Translations under genes and position numbers: made by a program | Notes under the pieces: generated by a model | Databases searched by the model: none | Told to the model about the DNA's origin: nothing | The model's input: the letters and a program-made list of their open reading frames with translations, nothing else | Source: an uncultured Acidobacteriota bacterium | Lineage (GTDB): Bacteria > Acidobacteriota > Blastocatellia > RBC074 | Length of the DNA: 64,000 bases | NCBI GenBank assembly: GCA_963796275.1 | Contig: CAWCKY010000006.1 | Location: 2,432,001-2,496,000, forward strand | Reading direction: 5' to 3' | Shown here: in pieces, positions 22,553-32,745 of the stretch | Layout of the letters: each line of letters opens with the position of its first letter | How positions within the stretch are numbered: position 1 is the stretch's first letter

Positions 22553-25351
22553 ATGAAAACGAGATTGACCTTTAATGTTTTGACAAACCAGTTCTGTAAG
22601 CATGTTCCATCGCTTACGCTGCTGGGCCTGCTGGTCGTATGTTCCACCTTGTCCGCCGCCGCGCAATCCGATTCATCCGTCATATTGAAATGGCTGGGTG
22701 ATAAGCCCCCGGCGACGTCGATGGGCTCCAGTTGGGGAGTACCGTGGGCCCAGGGCAAGGTTCGGAAAGACCAGGCATTCACCCTGACGACTGCCGATGG
22801 GAAGATTCTGCCTCTGCAAACGTGGCCTCTCGCCTGGTGGCCGGACGGCTCGATCAAGTGGGCGGGCTTCGCTACTGTGGCCGGGCCTGAAACTGCCGGT
22901 TCATTAATGCTCTCCCTGAGTAATATTGCACCGCCCGCGTCAGGGCCGGTCGTGCAAGTCAGAGAGAGCGACACAACCTTTGAAATAGACACCGGACGAT
23001 TGAAGGTCCGCATTCCCAGGTGGGGCGGCAGCCTCATTGATTCGATGGTCATTGACGGCCGCGAAGTGGCGCGACAAGGGCAACTCATCTGTGTCCTGCA
23101 GGATGGCCCCGACGGCGGAGCAGAGAACGCACCCTCGCGCGAGAAATACGCTGCCAAAGTCGAGAGAGTGACGATGGAGCAGTCCGGCCCGGTACGCGCG
23201 GTGGCCAAGATCGAAGGCAAACATCGTGGGCTCAAGAGCAGTCGAGAGTGGCTGCCGTTCGTCGTCCGCCTCTATTTTTATGCCGGACAGGGAACGGTTC
23301 GCCTGGTCCATACCATCGTCTACGACGGTGATGAGAGCAGGGACTTCATACGAGGGTTGGGAGTGGTCTTCTCGGTCCCAATGCGCGAACAGGCTCACAA
23401 CCGCCACCTGCGATTCTCCGGGGAGGGTTTGGGCCTGTGGTCGGAGCCGGTTCAGCCGATGATTGGACGCGGCGGCCGCTTCGCAGCACATCCACAGACG
23501 GCAGTCGACGTTTATCCCGATCAGATTGCCGGCAGGCGCGTCCCGGACAAGGAAGCTTATAATGCGCGCGGCCAGAGCCTGCTGGCCGATTGGGCGGTCT
23601 GGAATGATTTCAAGCTGATTCAGCCCAATGCCGGCGGGTTTACCGTGCTCAAACGAACCAACCCCGAAAGCGCATGGATACCGGCCGGGGCCGGCAAGCG
23701 CGCATCGGGTCTGGTCTTTGCGGGCGACGTAAGCGGTGGATTGGGGGTGAGCGTAAAGAATTTCTGGCAATCCTACCCGGCGTCGCTCGAAGTGCAGAAA
23801 GCATCAGGTGGTGCCGCGGAGCTGATCGCATGGATGTGGTCGCCCGAAGCGCCGGGCATGGATATGCGCCACTACGACACTCGCCCGCATGGCCTCGAAG
23901 CCGTTTACGAAGACGTGCAGCCCGGTTTCAGCACGGCGCACGGGGTGGCGCGCACCAGTGAGCTGATGCTATTTGCGACCGACGCCGTCCCTTCCAAAGA
24001 TGAGACGGCGAAGATGGCGCAGGCCGGCGCCGAGCCGCCGCTGCTTGGTTGCATGCCGCAATATCTGCAAGCGAGCCGCGCCTTCGGCATCTGGGGACTG
24101 GTGGACCGCTCGACCCCGGTGAAACGCGCGATTGAAGAGAGGCTGGCGGCCACGCTCGATTTTTATCTGAAGCAGGTTGATCAGCATAACTGGTATGGGT
24201 TCTGGGATTATGGGGATGTGATGCATTCTTACGACAATGTGCGCCACGTCTGGCGCTACGATCTGGGTGGGATGGCCTGGGACAATACCGAGTTGGGGAC
24301 GGACATGTGGCTCTGGTACAGCTATCTGCGGACGGGCCGCGCCGATGTCTTTCGCATGGCCGAGGCCATGACGCGGCACACTAGCGAAGTAGACACATAT
24401 CATCTGGGCAAGTTCGCCGGTTTAGGTTCCCGCCACAACGTGCGCCACTGGGGATGTGGCGCCAAGGAGGCCCGCATCAGCCAGGCCGCGTACCGCCGCT
24501 TCTATTATTACCTGACCACGGATGAACGCACGGGCGACATCATGCGCGAAGTGCTTAAGGTGGATTACAAGGTCGCGGAATATGATCCGATGCGGCTGGC
24601 CCAGCCGATCACCGAGGCCGAGAAAAAATATCCGACGCGCGTCCGCTTCGGCCCCGACTGGCTTGCCTTCGTCAGCAACTGGATGACCGAATGGGAGCGC
24701 ACTGGCGATACGAAATGGCGCGACAAGATTATTGCGGGCGTCGATAGTTTCGCCAGCATGCCATTCGGCTTGCGCAGCGGGAAAAACCTTTTGTTCGGCT
24801 ACGACCCGGCATCCGCCAGGCTCTATCAACTCTCGGACGAAGCCGGGCAGTACAACCTGGCGACGATCATGGGTGGGGCCGAAGTGGTCTTCGAACTCAA
24901 CTTGATGCTTGACGACGAGCGATGGCAGAAGCTCTGGCTGCAATACTGCCGGCTCAATAGCGCGCCCGGGGAAGTGATCGTCAAGGACATGACTACTGGA
25001 GCCGAGGGCAATGACGCCTCATATGTCCGCGACGGCCGGCTGGCCTCCTACGTCTACCTGAAAACGAAGAACCCGGCATTCATGAAGGTTGGCGTGAATG
25101 CGCTGCTCGCCAACGGGCGGGCCAGGCGAAACGAAGCCATCCAACGGGTGGAAGGGTCGGAGACGCTGAAGCCTGTTGATGAATCAGGTCTGGCTGGGAC
25201 TAACGGGGCGGCGCAGAGCGGCCTCACAACGATAATTTCGCTCGGGATGGTGGGCGATCACCTGCCGGCCGAGTTCCCGCCTCAGGAATCGACGCCCTCG
25301 GGGCAGAGGCGGGGCGCCCAGCCACAGAACCGGAGGACGACAGGGAATTGA
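22553..25351 (+). CDS. Exo-rhamnogalacturonan lyase-like protein (PL26/YetA-like)
   Basis: WGVPW, LAWWPDGSIKW, WYGFWDYGDVMH, AWDNTE, GLGSRHNVRHWGCGAKE. Confidence 0.8.
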   Translation: MKTRLTFNVLTNQFCKHVPSLTLLGLLVVCSTLSAAAQSDSSVILKWLGDKPPATSMGSSWGVPWAQGKVRKDQAFTLTTADGKILPLQTWPLAWWPDGSIKWAGFATVAGPETAGSLMLSLSNIAPPASGPVVQVRESDTTFEIDTGRLKVRIPRWGGSLIDSMVIDGREVARQGQLICVLQDGPDGGAENAPSREKYAAKVERVTMEQSGPVRAVAKIEGKHRGLKSSREWLPFVVRLYFYAGQGTVRLVHTIVYDGDESRDFIRGLGVVFSVPMREQAHNRHLRFSGEGLGLWSEPVQPMIGRGGRFAAHPQTAVDVYPDQIAGRRVPDKEAYNARGQSLLADWAVWNDFKLIQPNAGGFTVLKRTNPESAWIPAGAGKRASGLVFAGDVSGGLGVSVKNFWQSYPASLEVQKASGGAAELIAWMWSPEAPGMDMRHYDTRPHGLEAVYEDVQPGFSTAHGVARTSELMLFATDAVPSKDETAKMAQAGAEPPLLGCMPQYLQASRAFGIWGLVDRSTPVKRAIEERLAATLDFYLKQVDQHNWYGFWDYGDVMHSYDNVRHVWRYDLGGMAWDNTELGTDMWLWYSYLRTGRADVFRMAEAMTRHTSEVDTYHLGKFAGLGSRHNVRHWGCGAKEARISQAAYRRFYYYLTTDERTGDIMREVLKVDYKVAEYDPMRLAQPITEAEKKYPTRVRFGPDWLAFVSNWMTEWERTGDTKWRDKIIAGVDSFASMPFGLRSGKNLLFGYDPASARLYQLSDEAGQYNLATIMGGAEVVFELNLMLDDERWQKLWLQYCRLNSAPGEVIVKDMTTGAEGNDASYVRDGRLASYVYLKTKNPAFMKVGVNALLANGRARRNEAIQRVEGSETLKPVDESGLAGTNGAAQSGLTTIISLGMVGDHLPAEFPPQESTPSGQRRGAQPQNRRTTGN

Positions 25352-25466
25352 TGCAACCGGGTGGATGGCGACAGAAGGATCACCGGGAAACGGGATCGCC
25401 TAATCTGGGCGTCGCCACATCCGAGGGAAATGCGACTGACCAGCAGAATCTGACAAGTCCGTTTGT

Positions 25467-26225
25467 TTATGTGCGCAAATACGACGCGCCGTTGATGTCT
25501 ACAATGCAGCCGGTCAGAAAATCCGTCCCTTCCGACGCCAGAAACAGTATGGTTTGCGCGACTTCATCCGGCCTCGCCACTCGCTTGAGCGGACTTTGGT
25601 TGTTGATATCCTCGCCGCCGGGGCCACGGACTTTCCATGCGACGCGCTCCGTGTCGACAAAGCCGGGCGCGACGGCGAACACGAAGACGTTGTGCGGGGC
25701 CAGAGCCTGAGCCAGCGATTGGCTCATCGCATTCAAGCCGGCCTTACTAGCGCCGTAAGCTGGAGCGTCGGGTTCGCCGCGGAAAGCGCCGCGCGAAGAA
25801 ACGTTAACGATCCTCCCTCCGCCTTGTTTCATCATCTGTTGAGCCGAGCAGAAAGTTACGTTCGCCGTTCCGATCAGGTTGGTGCTGATCGTGTCCCGCC
25901 ATGCCTTTCGCCATTGGTCATAACCGACAGAGGCGATTGGATGGGGTTCGAAAATAGCAGCGTTGTTGATCAGCACGTCAAGACGGCCGAAATCGCGGAC
26001 GACATTCTCGACCAGTTCGCGCGACTGATCGGCGTCAGTGATGTCGGCTCGAATGATCGCGTGCGAACCGCCCTCAAGAAGAGCGAGCGTCTTTTCGGCC
26101 TGCTCGCGATTGTTGTTGTAATGAACGATCACGCGCGCTCCGTGTTCGGCGAACTGCAGCGCGGTGGCGCGGCCGATCCCTTGCGCAGCGCCAGTGATAA
26201 GTACGATTTTGTCTTTAAAATTCAT
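25467..26225 (-). CDS. SDR family oxidoreductase
   Basis: [24 protein letters not shown] before ATG 26225. Confidence 0.92.
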   Translation of the reverse strand: MNFKDKIVLITGAAQGIGRATALQFAEHGARVIVHYNNNREQAEKTLALLEGGSHAIIRADITDADQSRELVENVVRDFGRLDVLINNAAIFEPHPIASVGYDQWRKAWRDTISTNLIGTANVTFCSAQQMMKQGGGRIVNVSSRGAFRGEPDAPAYGASKAGLNAMSQSLAQALAPHNVFVFAVAPGFVDTERVAWKVRGPGGEDINNQSPLKRVARPDEVAQTILFLASEGTDFLTGCIVDINGASYLRT

Positions 26226-26471
26226 ATTCTCCTGATAGTCATCGCCGCGAGTGGTAACCTGCAAGGCTTACGGAATAGGTTTGTAAATTGATCCATACTC
26301 TTCCCCGCTCGCGGGCCGGATAAAAATATTGGGAACATACTGGGCAGGTGGAATAAGAATAACCGCGTCTGCATCTATATTTGTTATTTCAAGTTCCTCA
26401 ATTTCCACAGGCTTATTTTAACTACCATTACTTGTCAAGACTCGCGCACTACCCAATGTTACAGAAGTTAC

Positions 26472-26765
26472 TTACCTCATGGCCTCATCCAAGCAACTAC
26501 CGCAAACAGGTTGAGCCAGCCCAACCGCCTGTTCGTATTTATCGAGCGTGGAGTCGGCCAATATTTCAATCGAGTTTGGCAAATGGTATTCGGCTGCGCA
26601 ATCGGCACAAAAAGCGTATGTAACTACGGCACCTACATCTCCCATATCAACCCGCATCTTTGTGACATTTCGTACCGTATCTCTCATATTAACTAACGAC
26701 TTTACATGCGGGCAGACCAACGCTATCCCCGAGTAGCCGTGAATTTCACAAGCAGTTAGACCCAT
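26472..26765 (-). CDS. Small Cys/His-rich hypothetical protein
   Basis: AAAGGAG RBS; CEIH, CPH, CADC and CGSC motifs; lower-GC context. Confidence 0.65.
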   Translation of the reverse strand: MGLTACEIHGYSGIALVCPHVKSLVNMRDTVRNVTKMRVDMGDVGAVVTYAFCADCAAEYHLPNSIEILADSTLDKYEQAVGLAQPVCGSCLDEAMR

Positions 26766-26876
26766 AATTTCACTCCTTTCCTATTTATTTCAAACGCATT
26801 TGCTACGTGCCGGCGAGATGACCTGTCAGTTGGGCTTACGATGCACGAGGCAACAGGCTATCAACATTACGTGAAA

Positions 26877-28217
26877 TTATCGCTTCTTTGTTTTCCCAGG
26901 TCTCAGTAAATCAAGATCAATAGACATCCCCATGGCGATATATCCCAGACGGTTCGGATGCAGTTTGTCACCTTCACCGCCCGTCGTAGTGTTGTGCACG
27001 AACTCCGCTCTCATTGAGCCTGTTGCCGGATCGGTAATCGCACGGTCGAACTCGACGACGCCATCGAAAACGCCTGAGGTTCGAATGAATTCGTTAAGTA
27101 GTTTGCGTTTTCGGTCTTGTTCGGGAAACCCATGGTTGGGGTTGGCGGCTCCGAGCGCCGGAGTCAGCGTTGCGCCAATCACGCGCACGCCCTGAATTTG
27201 ACTGCGAATACGGCTCACAATCTCTTTCATTCCGGCTTGAACTGCCTCGACTGTGGCGCCTCCGTTCCTGCTGAAGTCGTTGATGCCTTCGAGCCAGATA
27301 ACGGCGCCCACACCGGAGAGTGAGAGCACGTCACGCTCCAGGCGCGCACCTGCCGATGGCCCACCGGCGAAAGGCTTTTGTGGCGCGTACTCAGACGGAC
27401 CGACTACCTGGTTGCCGCCGATGCCGGCGTTGACGACCGAAATGCGATTGCCATAAATGGCGTGCAGTCGCCGCGCCAACACGTCAGGCCAGCGGTCATC
27501 GCCGTTTAAGGTCGAAAGCGTGCCGTCCGTGATCGAATCGCCGAGCGCTACGATTGAGTAAGCGCCAGCCGGCGCCTTCATCTCAAGCGCGTCGAGGAAA
27601 TACCACGATGTAGTGCTGAGTGGAAAGACCGCCTCACTTTCATCGCCACCCCGCGACCCCGCGCCAGGCATGGTGAGGTAGGAGGTCTGCAATGCTTTCG
27701 CATGCCAGGTCATCGGGCCGCTCTCGCCCGGGATATGAAAGCTCACCGCAAGCTTGCGCCCGGCGAGTTCAGCATTTGCTGCTTTGCCTACAAAGGGAAG
27801 CGCGACCGGGTCGCTCCATGCCGATTCACCTGGCGGGATCGTCACATGACTTCTGCCGTCAAATGTCACGCGGCGGTTGGTGCCTGTAACGATGGCGGAA
27901 CTCGAGCGGCTCAGGCCCAGGTATACGCCTCCGAAGGTTACCGGTCTCGCGCCGAATACATTCGAGAAGCGGAGCCGCGCCTCAGGCCCCCAGATTTCAG
28001 GTTTTACGATCAGGCGGAACGACTGATCGCGAGCGCCGGCCTCGGACAAGGGGAACGCCAGCTTCAAGTCCGGCTGCGCAGAAGGGTTACCAGTCGGATA
28101 AGGACCCTGTACGGAACCAACCCAACTCACGACCCATTTATCAGGGGATTGCGCGGCGTTGATCGAGTTGGTGATCAATGCGCACAGTATTAGCAATAAT
28201 GATGCGATTAATCGCAT
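26877..28217 (-). CDS. Secreted SGNH/GDSL hydrolase
   Basis: GDSITDG, NAGIGGN, EGIND, DKLHPN, signal peptide. Confidence 0.9.
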   Translation of the reverse strand: MRLIASLLLILCALITNSINAAQSPDKWVVSWVGSVQGPYPTGNPSAQPDLKLAFPLSEAGARDQSFRLIVKPEIWGPEARLRFSNVFGARPVTFGGVYLGLSRSSSAIVTGTNRRVTFDGRSHVTIPPGESAWSDPVALPFVGKAANAELAGRKLAVSFHIPGESGPMTWHAKALQTSYLTMPGAGSRGGDESEAVFPLSTTSWYFLDALEMKAPAGAYSIVALGDSITDGTLSTLNGDDRWPDVLARRLHAIYGNRISVVNAGIGGNQVVGPSEYAPQKPFAGGPSAGARLERDVLSLSGVGAVIWLEGINDFSRNGGATVEAVQAGMKEIVSRIRSQIQGVRVIGATLTPALGAANPNHGFPEQDRKRKLLNEFIRTSGVFDGVVEFDRAITDPATGSMRAEFVHNTTTGGEGDKLHPNRLGYIAMGMSIDLDLLRPGKTKKR

Positions 28218-28409
28218 TGTCTTTCTCCTTTATAGTAGGGGGTAGATGTTCGGTGTATTGCCCGTCTAGCATCGGTGATTTTCGGGTGAATAAAAAGCGG
28301 AAGAGAGGAACATTCATTTTTTTGAGAGTCTCTTGCTCATGAGCTCAACAACTTGGAGTTAGCTTGGAGTACCGTCTTCAGGGATCATAACATCACGTGC
28401 GGAATGGAA

Positions 28410-28994
28410 GACCGCGTAAACGCGGAACTCCAAGCGCGATAGTTTGGAGTTCCGCCTTCAGGCGGTCAGAAAATCGATCGAAAAGAAAAAGACCGCGTAA
28501 ACGCGGAACTCCAAGCGCGATAGTTTGGAGTTCCGCCTTCAGGCGGTCAGAAAATCGATCGAAAAGAAAAAGACCGCGTAAACGCGGAACTCCAAACGCG
28601 ATAGTTTGGAGTTCCGCCATCAGGCGGTCTGGAATCATGCGAAAGAAAGAAGACCGCGTAAACGCGGAACTCCAAGCGCGATAGTTCGGAGTTCCGCCTT
28701 CAGGCGGTCTGGAAATCATGCGAAAGAAAAAAGACCGCGTAAACGCGGAACTCCAAGCGCGATAGTTCGGAGTTCCGCCTTCAGGCGGTCTGGAATCATG
28801 CGAAAGAAAAAAGACCGCGTAAACGCGGAACTCCAAGCGCGATAGTTCGGAGTTCCGCCTTCAGGCGGTCTGGAATCATGCGAAAGAAAGAAGACCGCGT
28901 AAACGCGGAACTCCAAGCGCGATAGTTTGGAGTTCCGCCTTCAGGCGGTCTGGAATCATGCGAAAGAAAGAAGACCGCGTAAACGCGGAACTCC
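28410..28994. repeat. Tandem array of REP doublets (BIME-like): 7 full units plus 1 half unit, period 80-81 bp
   Basis: Units start at 28410, 28491, 28572, 28652, 28733, 28813, 28893 and 28973. The 58-bp core is gaccgcgtaaacgcggaactcc-N14-ggagttccgccttcaggcggtc, followed by a 22-23 bp A-rich linker. Confidence 0.95.
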
Positions 28995-29264
28995 TTTTCG
29001 AACTCCACTTTTGCTGAAGGAGAACTTCAAAATGCTGGTGGCGAATGGTTGCTGGGGGTATTATGGTTTTGAATGGGGACACGCTGGCATCACGAGATCG
29101 AGGATATTGTCAGTCGCATTTCCAACACATTGCAAAAGTGATTCGCCAGTATATGGCTGAAACAGTCTTCAAATCATAAGAGGCCGTGGGCAGAATGCGG
29201 GAAACGATGGTAATCTTGCCACTTCTTCCCAACAGACCTTCATCTTATTAAAAGGGGGATAGCA

Positions 29265-30239
29265 ATGAAAAAAGAGAAATTATCACGTCGTGAATTTGTG
29301 GAACGCACTACATACACGGTAGCTTCAGCGGCTATACTGCCATCCACCCTCGAACCGGTGGCAGAGGCGAAGACGACGCTGCCGCAACGTGAACTCGGTC
29401 GAACTGGAGTCAAAGTACCAATAATTGCTTTTGGCTGTGGCAGTCGATTTCTGATGTACGAAGACGAGCAGGAGGCTCTGCGCGTACTCAATTACGTCAT
29501 CGACAACGGCATCACCTATCTCGACACAGCGATCGATTACGGCAAGGGGCTCAGTGAAACCCGCGTCGGGAAAGTGATGAAGACCCGTCGCAAAGATGTT
29601 TTCCTGGCGACGAAGACGCCACCTTCTGCCCGCACTCGCGATGAGGCGTTGCGTGAAGTCGAGCAAAGTCTCAAGCGTTTGCAGACTGATCATGTCGATC
29701 TTCTGCATATACACAGCCTCGGGGACGATGACGATCTGGCCAAGATTGAGGCGAAGAATGGCGCAATCAAAGCTCTATATGAACTGCGTGATCAAAAAGT
29801 CGCTCGATTTATCGGAATGACCAGCCACACCAACGGTGCTGTCATGGCTAAGGCGATCGAGCATAACGATCTCGACTGTGTACAGATGGCAATGAATCCG
29901 TCACATGCCCTTCAATTCGAAGAACTCGCCCTGCCCGCGGCGAAGAAGAAGAACCTGGGCGTTATTTTGATGAAGGTGACGGCCCAGGAGAAATTGGTGG
30001 GGGAAGGAGCCGGCAAAGCCCACATTGAATCGCTTATTCGCTATGCGCTCACTCTACCTGTGAGCACCGCAGTCATGGGAATGCCGAAGGTTCAGTTTAT
30101 TGACCAAAATATTGCCGCCATTAAATCTTTCAAGCCGCTGAGCGAAGGGGAAATGAAGGGGCTCCGTGAGCAGGTCGCATCTCAACGAATCAGCCTCGAA
30201 CGTTTCTTCACTGATCATCGTGATGGAGCTGAGGTGTGA
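29265..30239 (+). CDS. Aldo/keto reductase with Tat-like leader
   Basis: SRREFV, LGRTG, YLDTAIDYG, FLATK, SLKRLQTDHVDLLHIH. Confidence 0.9.
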   Translation: MKKEKLSRREFVERTTYTVASAAILPSTLEPVAEAKTTLPQRELGRTGVKVPIIAFGCGSRFLMYEDEQEALRVLNYVIDNGITYLDTAIDYGKGLSETRVGKVMKTRRKDVFLATKTPPSARTRDEALREVEQSLKRLQTDHVDLLHIHSLGDDDDLAKIEAKNGAIKALYELRDQKVARFIGMTSHTNGAVMAKAIEHNDLDCVQMAMNPSHALQFEELALPAAKKKNLGVILMKVTAQEKLVGEGAGKAHIESLIRYALTLPVSTAVMGMPKVQFIDQNIAAIKSFKPLSEGEMKGLREQVASQRISLERFFTDHRDGAEV

Positions 30240-31045
30240 ACGACAAACTCGGTTGCTGCAAAAGTCACTGGCCGGTCCAATTTGGCCTGCGCCTGACGAA
30301 AGTTGCAGCCGCCATCGTGCTCTTCGCGTCCTGTCTGTACTCCCAGTCATTGGATGAGTTCCCATTGCTTCGCGTGATCGAGCTGAAGGGAAAGACCTAT
30401 CACGTGCAGGGAATCGAAGCCGATGGTAATCGCCTGTGGGTGACATCCGTTGATAGGGGTACGCAATCCGGCTATCTGCAGGAATTCTCCTTGCCGGATG
30501 GCAAGTTGCTTCGGGAGGTGATGGTTCAGGACGGTTTGCGCTATCACCCCGGAGGTATATCGGCGGCGGGGGAATCATTATGGATTCCGGTGGCGGAGTA
30601 TAAAGCGAACAGCACGAGTGTCATTCAGAAGCGGAGCAAGCGCACCCTGGCGATCGAGGAACAATTCGCAGTGCAGGATCACATCGGATGCATCGCCGTC
30701 CGCGAAAACACTTTGATCGGCGGAAACTGGGACTCACGCGATCTGTATTTCTGGAATTCCGATGGCGCGCTGCTCCGGAAAGTTCCCAATCCTACGCAGA
30801 CCAGTTTCCAGGATATGAAAGTTATCGGCGAAATGTTGATAGGTTCAGGCGCTTCTCCCGGCGGCATAGGAGCCATCGAATGGCTCGATCTCACCACGCT
30901 CAAGCCTCTCAAGCGAATCACGGTTGGAAAGACCGACCGGGGCGATTCCTTCACACGTGAGGGAATGGCAATCCGAGGAGATGAGCTGATGCTCCTGCCC
31001 GAAGACTATTCCAGTCGGCTTTTTGTATTCCGACTGAAAAAGTAG
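30236..31045 (+). CDS. Secreted hypothetical protein (DUF6454-like)
   Basis: HVQGI, YHPGGI, WIPVAEY, DHIGC, GGNWDSR, FQDMK. GTGA overlap with the reductase gene. Confidence 0.6.
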   Translation: MNDKLGCCKSHWPVQFGLRLTKVAAAIVLFASCLYSQSLDEFPLLRVIELKGKTYHVQGIEADGNRLWVTSVDRGTQSGYLQEFSLPDGKLLREVMVQDGLRYHPGGISAAGESLWIPVAEYKANSTSVIQKRSKRTLAIEEQFAVQDHIGCIAVRENTLIGGNWDSRDLYFWNSDGALLRKVPNPTQTSFQDMKVIGEMLIGSGASPGGIGAIEWLDLTTLKPLKRITVGKTDRGDSFTREGMAIRGDELMLLPEDYSSRLFVFRLKK

Positions 31046-31273
31046 GGGCCGTTTCCATCGGAACATCTAGCCGTATTCTTGCGGAGATGTTGCTTGGTGT
31101 TGATTAGTGCCTCGCCGTTTAACGCGCGTGTTGCCTCAAGGACACAGCTCTAGCCTTTCGCTTTCAACCGCACGTTTTTTTATCTCACGACGCATCGAAG
31201 GGACGACCTAGATCGTTATCCCGCAATATGAGAGACTCTGGAAACTCGTGATATCTTGGGCCGGTAAAAAGAG

Positions 31274-31720
31274 ATGACTGATGGAAGACCACAAGTCGGA
31301 ATGGGCATTTTGGTGATGCGGCGCGGGCGCGTGTTATTAGGACGCCGACGCGGATCGCATGGCGATGGGTATTACGCCGCCCCCGGCGGACACATCGAAT
31401 TCGGCGAGAGCTTTGAACAAGCCGCTCGCCGCGAAGTCCACGAAGAGACCGGACTGGATATCGCCGATTTGAGACTGCTGTCGGTGGGCAATTACGTTTT
31501 TAAACGCGAAGACGGCGAGCGGCATTACATTGACGTCGATTTCGTTTGCGAAGCGTCCATCGGCGAACCGCAATCGATGGAGCCGGAAAAGTGCCACGGA
31601 TGGGATTGGTATGATTTCGATGATTTGCCCCAGCCGTTGTTCCTCGTCACGCGACGAATGATCGAAAGCCTTCGTTCCGGCGTCACGCTCAACAACCTCT
31701 CGGAAGTTGAGCGGCAATGA
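31274..31720 (+). CDS. NUDIX hydrolase (NUDT15/MutT-like)
   Basis: Nudix box GGHIEFGESFEQAARREVHEETGL and EPEKC.GW.W. Confidence 0.92.
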   Translation: MTDGRPQVGMGILVMRRGRVLLGRRRGSHGDGYYAAPGGHIEFGESFEQAARREVHEETGLDIADLRLLSVGNYVFKREDGERHYIDVDFVCEASIGEPQSMEPEKCHGWDWYDFDDLPQPLFLVTRRMIESLRSGVTLNNLSEVERQ

Positions 31721-31866
31721 TATTTTGAGTACCACCCCTACAGCCGCTTCTGAACTTCATATATCAACTCTTGCTCGATCGCTGAGCACGAGTTGAAAGA
31801 ACGTTGATCAGGAGAAGGACCTAGTCTTTGCTTCAATAACCGTTACAATCTTTATTCGACATTCAT

Positions 31867-32307
31867 ATGAACACTGGTCGACTCAGAAAAATATGGATTA
31901 AAAGAATGAAACTTGGGCCGATGGATTCGGTCAGCTCTGCACAACTCGTGGAAGGTCGTGGCTTAGTCGGCAACGCTGATCAGGGCGGCCGTCGACAAGT
32001 AACTCTGATTGAGCGAGAAGTCTGGGAAAACATAATGGAGCAATTGGGAAGTAGTCTTTCAGCATCATCACGGCGGGCCAACCTGATGATCGAAGGGCTT
32101 GAATTGGCTAATAGTCGTGGACGCGTTTTACATATCGGCGAATGCCGGATTCGAGTCTACGGTGAAACTAAACCGTGTGAGCGGATGGACGAGGTATTAC
32201 CCGGGCTGAAGGATGCGATGTATGGTGGCTGGAAGGGAGGCGCATATGGAGAGGTGCTTAATGACGGGCAAATAAAGGCAGGGGATGAGGTTTGGTGGTC
32301 AGAGTAG
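31867..32307 (+). CDS. MOSC domain protein
   Basis: RQVTLI, RRANL, KPCERMD, G.I..GD. Confidence 0.88.
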   Translation: MNTGRLRKIWIKRMKLGPMDSVSSAQLVEGRGLVGNADQGGRRQVTLIEREVWENIMEQLGSSLSASSRRANLMIEGLELANSRGRVLHIGECRIRVYGETKPCERMDEVLPGLKDAMYGGWKGGAYGEVLNDGQIKAGDEVWWSE

Positions 32308-32498
32308 GGAGGGAATTTAGGAGAAAGTTAGTTGTTAACCGCTCACAGCTCCAGATATCCGATTTTAAAATCGCTGTGGAGTAGTTCATTCCTAGTTCAT
32401 TCCAAGCCGCACAGCGATGGCCTGAATGACGGCGTCGCCCGCAACACCGTACATCATTGTGAACTCAGCGCCGCCAATGACAGCCTGCTGCGATTTCG

Positions 32499-32690
32499 TT
32501 AGAGAGTTGCCTGAGTCTCCTCCAGAGCTTTTTTTAAAGCTGCCCTTGCAAGCAGGCGCGTCGAATCCAACTGCGGTAACGGACTATCGTCAGGGCGCAT
32601 AATCAGAGGTATCTCCGTACATCCGAGCACAACTGCATCACATCCTCGTTCCTTCAACTTATCAGTCACATCATTGAAATAGATTCTTCT
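32499..32690 (-). pseudogene. Asp/Glu racemase C-terminal fragment
   Basis: GCDAVVLGCTEIPL...DSTRLLARAAL; no room for the N-terminal domain before the upstream gene. Confidence 0.75.
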
Positions 32691-32745
32691 CAGCGCTGCA
32701 AGCGACAATTCCAATGTGTTGAGCCATAAATCCCTCGACCTCGTG

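Noticed and set aside
28410-28994. CRISPR or other guide-RNA array
   Set aside because: The intervening segments are near-identical (two linker types), so there are no unique spacers, and no cas or effector gene is nearby.
28393-29160. Repetitive ORFs (PPEGGTPN, RLKAELQ)
   Set aside because: These are translations of the DNA repeat on both strands with no coding evidence.
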